Part shown: piece by piece, positions 58,051 to 64,000 of the stretch | How the letters are laid out: each line of letters begins with the position of its first letter | How positions within the stretch are numbered: position 1 is the stretch's first letter | From: an uncultured Alphaproteobacteria bacterium | GTDB taxonomy: Bacteria > Pseudomonadota > Alphaproteobacteria > Rhizobiales > Aestuariivirgaceae | NCBI GenBank assembly: GCA_963805405.1 | Contig: CAWDUC010000010.1 | Span: forward strand, 21,142 to 85,141 | Direction: 5' to 3' | DNA: 64,000 nucleotides | Program-made: the position numbers and the translations under genes | The notes under the pieces: generated by a model | The model's database searches: none | What the model was told of the DNA's origin: nothing | Seen by the model: only the letters and a program-made list of their open reading frames with translations

Positions 58051-59251
58051 TTACTTGTACGGGTCCGCTGCGTCGCGCAGGCCGTCGCCGAGGAAATTGA
58101 AGGCGAGGATGACGAAGATAACCGGCACGACCGGCGTCATCAGCCAGGGATAAAGCGCCACGACATTCACGTTCTGCGCTTCGGTGAGGAGCACGCCCCA
58201 GCTAGTGATCGGCGGCCGCAAGCCTAATCCTAAGAAGCTCAAGGCCGTCTCGCCGAGAATCATCGCCGGGATCGAGATCGTCGCAGAAGCGATCAGATGC
58301 GACATGAAGCCCGGGATCAGATGGCGTCCGATGATGCGGCTGCTGGAGGCGCCCATCAATTGCGCTGCAAGCACGTAATCCTCTTCGCGCAAGGCAAGCA
58401 GTTTCGATCGGACCGCGCGGGCAAGCCCCGTCCAGTCGAGCAGGCCGAGGATCATCGTAATGCCGAAATAGACGAGCAACGGACTCCAGGTGACCGGCAT
58501 GATCGCCGCGAGCGCCAGCCACAGCGGGATCGAGGGTATCGACTGCAGCACTTCGATGATGCGTTGGACGATCAGGTCGAAGCGTGCCGCCGTGAAACCC
58601 GGCAAAGCCGCCGATCACGATGCCGAGGACGAAGCTGAACGTAACGCCGAGAAGGCCGATGGTGAGCGAGATGCGGGCGCCGTAGATGATGCGCGAAAGT
58701 ACGTCGCGACCGCGACGGTCGGTGCCGAGCAGGAAGGCTTCGCCGTCGACCGCCGGGCAGAAAAGATGGATATCGCCCGGCAAAAAGCCCCAGAACTTGT
58801 ATTTGTCGCCGCGGCAGAGGAACCGGAGTGGCTTCACGTCGTCATGATTGACGGAGTATTCCCGCTTCAGCGTGTCCATGTTTAGCTTCATGGTCAGGCC
58901 ATAGACGAACGGCCCCACCAGCTTGCCGTCATGGAAAAGATGCACGCGCTGCGGCGGCGCGTAGATGTAGTCCATGTTGCGCGTGTGCAGATTATAGGGG
59001 GCAAGAAATTCGCAGATCAGGATCGCGGCATAGAGCGCCAACAGGAAGAACAGCGAGAACAATGCGATCTTGTGGCGCTTGAACTTCCACCAGCTCAACC
59101 GCCACTGCGAAGCGAGATAGACGCGCTCCTGCGCCGGCGTCATCGCCTCGACGGAATGGATGTCGAAGGGCGCCGACGAAACATAATGCGGCAACGGGCC
59201 GCCGGGCGGCGGCAATGGCGAGGCTGTCGTGGGCGGCGAAGCGTCGTTCAT
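58051..59251 (-). pseudogene. yejE: ABC peptide transporter permease YejE-like (frameshift ~58590)
   Basis: N-terminal extension plus FLLGTDRRGRDVLSRIIYGARISLTIGLLGVTFSFVLGIVIGG (ORF 58202..59251); the C-terminus ...IPLWLALAAIMPVTWSPLLVYFGITMILGLLDWTGLARAVRSKLLALREEDYVLAAQLMGASSSRIIGRHLIPGFMSHLIA...NFLGDGLRDAADPY is in ORF 58051..58605. Confidence 0.85.
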
Positions 59252-60246
59252 TTCGTGCTTCCCCCTTGCAGCCGGATGCGCGGGTCGAGCGCGGCGAGCG
59301 CAAGGTCGGAGATGAGCACGCCGATCACGGTCAAGAAGGCGAGGAACATCAGGAACGAGCCGGCGAGATACATGTCCTGGCTCTTCAGCGCCCTGATCAG
59401 CATCGGGCCGGTCGTCTCGAGAGACAGCACGATCGCGGTGACTTCAGCACCGGAAATGATCGCCGGCAGGATCGATCCGATATCGGAGATGAAGAAGTTG
59501 AGCGACATGCGCAACGGGTATTTCACCAGTGCCCGGAACGGCTGCATGCCCTTGGCGCGCGCCGTGACGACATACTGCTTCTGCAATTCATCGAGGAGAT
59601 TGGCGCGCAATCGCCTGATCATGCCGGCGGTGCCGCCGGTGCCGATGATGATCACCGGAATCCACAGATGCGACAAGATCGACTTGAACTTGTCCCAGCT
59701 CATCGGCTCGTTGAAATACTGCGGATCCATCAGGTGGCCGATAGACAGTGCCGAACCAGATATTCGCGAAATACATGAAGACCAGTGCCAGGAGAAAGTT
59801 CGGTATGGCAAGGCCGAGCAGGCCGAGGAAGGTCAGTCCGTAATCGCCCCAGCTATATTGGTGCGTCGCCGAATAGATGCCGATCGGGAACGCCATCAGC
59901 CAGGTGAATATGATGGTGACGAAGGAGACGAGCATGGTGAGCCATAATCGATCGCCGACCACGTCCGAAACCGGCAATTGATATTCGAAGGAATAGCCGA
60001 AATCGCCGACGAACATGCCTCCAAGCCAGTAGACGTAGCGGACGACGATTGGCTTGTCGAAACCATACTCCTTGCGCAGCGCCTCGATCTGCTCGGTATT
60101 GACGTTCTCGCCCTGCGCCTGGAGTTCGGCGATGTAGCTTTCGAAATAATCGCCGGGCGGCAATTCGATGATTGCGAAGACCAATGCCGAGATGATGAGC
60201 AAGGTCGGGACCATCACCGCGACGCGCCAAAGTATGTATCGCAGCA
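59248..60246 (-). pseudogene. yejB: ABC peptide transporter permease YejB-like (frameshift ~59760)
   Basis: MLRYILWRVAVMVPTLLIISALVFAIIELPPGDYFESYIAELQAQG... (ORF 59588..60577); ...YVVTARAKGMQPFRALVKYPLRMSLNFFISDIGSILPAIISGAEVTAIVLSLETTGPMLIRAL... (ORF 59248..59811). Confidence 0.85.
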
Positions 60247-60249
60247 TCT

Positions 60250-62155
60250 TTAGGCAGCCTCGTCTTCGTAGAAGAATGTGTCGGCGCGATAGACGCCGAA
60301 ATAGCAGGTGGGATCGAACCCGTAAAAAGCGCTGGCGGGAATGTTCTTGATGCGGGCATTGGCGACGATCGGCTGCAATGTTCCGTTGAGGATGCCGATC
60401 GAGAAGACCTGGTCGGTATAGTGCTTGAGCATCTTGTGCCAGATAAGCGCACGCGCTTCGCGATCCGGCGCGCGTCGCCAGTCGGCGAGCATCGCCATCA
60501 TTTCCTGCACCGGCGCGATATCGGGCGGCGTGCCCTTTTCGCCGCGCGTGACGAAGTTCATTCCCCAGATCGGCCACTGCAATTCTTCATCGCCGGTTGG
60601 CGCGAGCGCATCGGGACTCATGTCGGCGGTGGAGATGCCATTGTCGATGCCCGGACGAAATCGACATCATCACCTGGCCGGCGAGCGCGCGGCTGCGTAA
60701 GACTTCGATCTGGGAAGTACGGATATAGAGCGGAATGCCGACCTCGCTCCAGTAATCGGCGACAAGCTCGAGGATGTCGGTATCGAGCGTACTTTCGCCC
60801 GCCGATTCGACAATGACTTGCGCTACGCGACCGTCGGGCAGAAGCCTGAATCCCTCTTCGTTGCGCTTGTCGAGCCCCATTTCATCGAGAATGGCATTGG
60901 CCTGCGCCGGATCATGGGCGATCCAGGCATCGGCATATTCCTGCCGGAACAGCGGACTTTGCGGCAGCATCGTATCCGCACTCGGACGACCAAGGCCGAA
61001 GAACGCGGCCATGTTGATCTCGCGACGGTTGATGGCGAGCGACAGGGCGCGGCGGAAACGCGGATCCTGCATGACTTTCCGCCAAGTCTCGTCCTCGTAA
61101 TTGAGGTTCGGAAAGAGGGCGACACGCGAGCCTTGTGTGCGCTCCCACAGATAGACCTTGATGGCGTGCCGCTTCTCGGACTCCTTGAGGAAGGTATAGT
61201 CCTCGAACTGGATATTGGTCGCCTGGAGGTCGGTTTCCCCGGCACCGGTCTTGGCGGGGATGAGAGACGACGAACTGATCGTGAAGACGAAGCGGTCGAA
61301 ATACGGCAATTGCCGCCCGTCGCGATCGACGCGGTGGAAATAGGGATTGCGCACCATCACGAACTGCTCGGCCGGCGGCTTGGTCGAGTTGACCCACGGG
61401 TCCAGCATCGGCAGGTCGGGATTTTCCGGGCGATATTGCCGCGACATGTTGATGTGCAGCCGCGCCCAGTTCTTGACCTTGTTCTTCTTGATCAGCTCCT
61501 CGAGCTTTTCCTCGCTTTGATACTTGGCGTGGAACTGCTTGAGGTAATGCGCCGGCATGACGAGCGCCAGTGCCTGCGCAGCGGCGATGCCGAGCATGAA
61601 ATCCGGATTGGGCGCGTCCCAGCTGTAACGAACGGTATACTCGTCGATGATCTCGAAGACCGGCGGCTTGCCATTGACCATGAGGGTCGGGGAAACGCCG
61701 CCGGGCGACAGCTTCTCGTTCAGGATGACGTCTTCCCAGGCATAGCGGAAATCTTCCGTCGTGAAGGGATGGCCGTCGGACCATTTGTGCCCGGGACGCA
61801 GCCTGAAGGTAAAGATACGATCTTCCTCGATCGTGAATTCCTGCAGGATGTCGGGCTCGAGTTCGAGTTTCTCGTTATAGCCCGCCAGCCGCGCATAGCC
61901 GAAGACCGTTATATAACGGACGTCGCGCTGCGCGCCGATCAGCATGCGCACCGTCCCGCCATGCCGGCCGGGAACGCGGCCCATGGCGACAAGGTCGGTA
62001 ACCCGCGGGATTTCCGGAAGGCGCTGATCGAGCGGTGGCAGCTTTCCGGCCTGCACGTCGGCAAGCAGCGGATCGCGGACGATGTCCTGCGCAAAAGAGG
62101 GCCGCACCATCGCCGCGGTGGCGAGAAGCCCTAGCGCCTCGCGACGTGTCGTCAT
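60250..62155 (-). pseudogene. yejA: ABC transporter substrate-binding protein YejA-like (family 5 SBP; frameshift ~60650)
   Basis: Tat/Sec-like N-terminus MTTRREALGLLATAAMVRPSFAQ, then ...GGTVRMLIGAQRDVRYITVFGYARLAGYNEKLELEPDILQ... (ORF 60587..62155); the C-terminus ...ALIWHKMLKHYTDQVFSIGILNGTLQPIVANARIKNIPASAFYGFDP is in ORF 60250..60621. Confidence 0.85.
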
Positions 62156-64000
62156 GGCCGCAGCTCCCTCGCATCCGCATCGGCGCGCGCCAGCACCAGA
62201 TGTTCAGAGCCCACTGGCCGGTGCTGGAGAATATCATCGGCCGCATCGCTGCGAAACTGCGCCGGCCATAGCGAAATGTCCGACGCCCCGCTGAACTGCA
62301 GCGTCGCGAAATCGAGCGGCCGGTCAAGATCGGGAAACGGTACCGCCGCCAGGAGCGACTTGGTGTAGGGATGCACCGGCGAGCGGAAAAGGATCTCGCG
62401 CGGGTGCGATCTCGACAATGCGACCGCGGCACATGACGGCGATGCGGTCAGCCATGTAGTCGACGACCGCGAGGTTATGCGAGATGAACAGGTAAGTAAG
62501 GCCCAGTTCGCGGCGCAGATCGTTGAGGAGATTGAGAATCTGTGCCTGGACCGAGACGTCGAGCGCCGAGACGGGTTCGTCGCAGATCAGAAGTTGTGGA
62601 CCGAGTGCGAGCGCGCGTGCAATGCCGATGCGCTGGCGTTGGCCGCCGGAGAAGCTGTGCGGATAGCGGCTCAGGAAGCGGGGATCGAGGCCGGTCGCCT
62701 GCATCAGCGCCTTGACTGCGGCCAGCCTGGAGCGGCCGTCGCCGCGGTCGTGGATCTCCAGCGGCTCGGAAAGGATATTCTGCACCGTCATGCGCGGCGA
62801 CAGCGAACTCACCGGATCCTGAAACACCATCTGCACGCGCGAGCGCAGATCGTCGAGCTGACTGCCTTCCGCCTTACCGATATCGATCGGCCCGTCGCCG
62901 CCGTCGAAAACGATCGAGCCGCGAATCAGGCGTGATGGCGCGCATGATGAGTTTGGAAACGGTCGTCTTGCCGCAACCGCTTTCGCCGACCAGTCCCAGG
63001 CATTCGCCGCGCTTGATGTCGAAACTGACGTCTTCGACAGCGCGCGTTACGGTCTTCTCGCCCGCACCGAACCAGCCGGATTTGCGGATCGAATAGGACT
63101 TGGAGAGATTTTTCACCGAAAGCAGCGTATCGGCGCCGGCCGTTCGCTTCGGCACTGCCGCGAGGAGTGAACCAGCGTCGATCTTGATGTCGCGGAGCGC
63201 CTTCAGCCTTTCGCCCGCCTGCATGTCGAAATGCGGCACGGCCGCGAGCAGGCCCTTTAGATAGGGGTGTCCCGGGCGGCGGAAGATATCCTCGACCTTG
63301 CCGCCTTCCATGATCTCGCCGTGATAGATGACCGCCACTTCGTCAGCGACATTGGCGACGACGCCGAGATCATGGGTGATGAGCAGCATCGCCATGCCGA
63401 GCTTTTCCTGAAGGTCCTTGAGCAGCTTCAGGATCTGCGCCTGGATCGTCACGTCGAGGGCGGTCGTCGGCTCATCGGCGATGAGCAGTGCCGGATCGCA
63501 GATAAGGGCCATGGCGATCATGGCGCGCTGACGCAAACCTCCCGACAATTCGAACGGATACATCGTCGCGGCGCGATTCGGATTGGGAAATCCGACGAGA
63601 CCGAGCATGTCTTCGGTGCGCTCCAGCGTCTCGGCTTTCGACACTTTCTTGTGGATGCGCAGCACTTCGCCGATCTGGTTGCCGATCGTGTGGAGCGGCG
63701 ACAACGAGGTCATCGGCTCCTGGAAGATCATGCCGATGCGGCTGCCGCGCAATTTGCGCATATCGTCGCTGTCGCGGCTGAGTTGCGCGATATCGATTAC
63801 TTTGCCGGGGGTGCGCGGGTCGCTGAACAGGATCCTTCCGCGCGAAATGCTCCCCGAGCGCGGCAGGATCCCCATGACGGTCTGCGCGATCACCGATTTC
63901 CCGGAGCCCGATTCGCCGACGAGTGCGGTTACCTTGCCCGGACTGATGCGCAAGCTGGCCGACTTGACGGCCTCGATGCGGCCGCCCAGAAGCGCAAACG
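62152..64000 (-). pseudogene. yejF: ABC transporter ATP-binding protein YejF-like (two ATPase domains; partial, 5' end beyond window; frameshifts ~62880 and ~62400)
   Basis: First ATPase domain in ORF 62874..63953 (LVGESGSGKSVIAQ Walker [16 protein letters not shown] signature, [12 protein letters not shown]); second in ORF 62324..62836 (HSFSGGQRQRIGIARAL, LLICDEPVSALD) preceded by GLVGESGCGKTT; the C-terminal tail is in ORF 62152..62418. Confidence 0.85.

Overview
High-GC (~62%) alphaproteobacterial chromosome; gene order and protein similarities indicate a Rhizobiales (Hyphomicrobiales) core region, not an obvious genomic island. About 62 protein-coding genes are recognisable. Left to right: a partial membrane-protein gene; hslV; the his operon (hisB, a DUF2628 gene, hisH, hisA, an inserted SDR gene, hisF, hisE) followed by coaA; a PfkB kinase; a CysZ/EI24-like membrane protein; nth; a DUF2244 gene; an AraC-HTH/MGMT (Ada-like) gene; an MttB-superfamily methyltransferase next to a TMADH/StcD-like flavoprotein; a sugar-type module (Gfo/Idh/MocA; AKR, cupin, ROK kinase); an SH3b protein; a 2-hydroxyacid dehydrogenase; the ybeZ(phoH)-ybeY-corC operon with miaB; plsC, rimI/tsaB, an Nfu-type Fe-S protein, trpS, murJ, glnD, mutS; maeB; an OlsB-like acyltransferase; a hybrid sensor kinase; yifB/comM; gshB, yraN, rsmI and a divergent LpoA-like gene; hemW, rdgB, a VOC gene, rph; the heat-shock genes hrcA-grpE and dnaK-dnaJ; an SPFH protein; alkB; tandem DUF1330 genes and an NTF2-like gene; dapB, gpmA; and a yejABEF-type peptide ABC importer that runs off the right edge. 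No rRNA, tRNA, CRISPR array, IS element or prophage genes were seen. The most striking property is that roughly 27 of these genes, including normally essential ones (trpS, murJ, glnD, dapB, mutS), change reading frame one or more times, while long neighbours such as dnaK, dnaJ, yifB and the SPFH gene are intact. The indels are clustered (about 25.2-34.1 kb, 11.8-17.3 kb, 58-64 kb). This points to local assembly or sequencing error, or to unusual gene decay. Coordinates of frameshifted genes are therefore approximate, and I label them as pseudogenes in the sequence as given. Regulatory signals supported by the sequence include a sigma-32-like promoter upstream of dnaK, a strong dnaK-dnaJ intergenic hairpin, a 10-bp perfect palindrome plus an 18-bp direct repeat in the rph/hrcA divergent region, several convergent-gene terminator hairpins, and an AT-rich island upstream of the hybrid histidine kinase. 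The candidate novel system is the MttB-like methyltransferase and TMADH/StcD-like flavoprotein pair, a putative quaternary-amine demethylation module with no corrinoid partner in the window.
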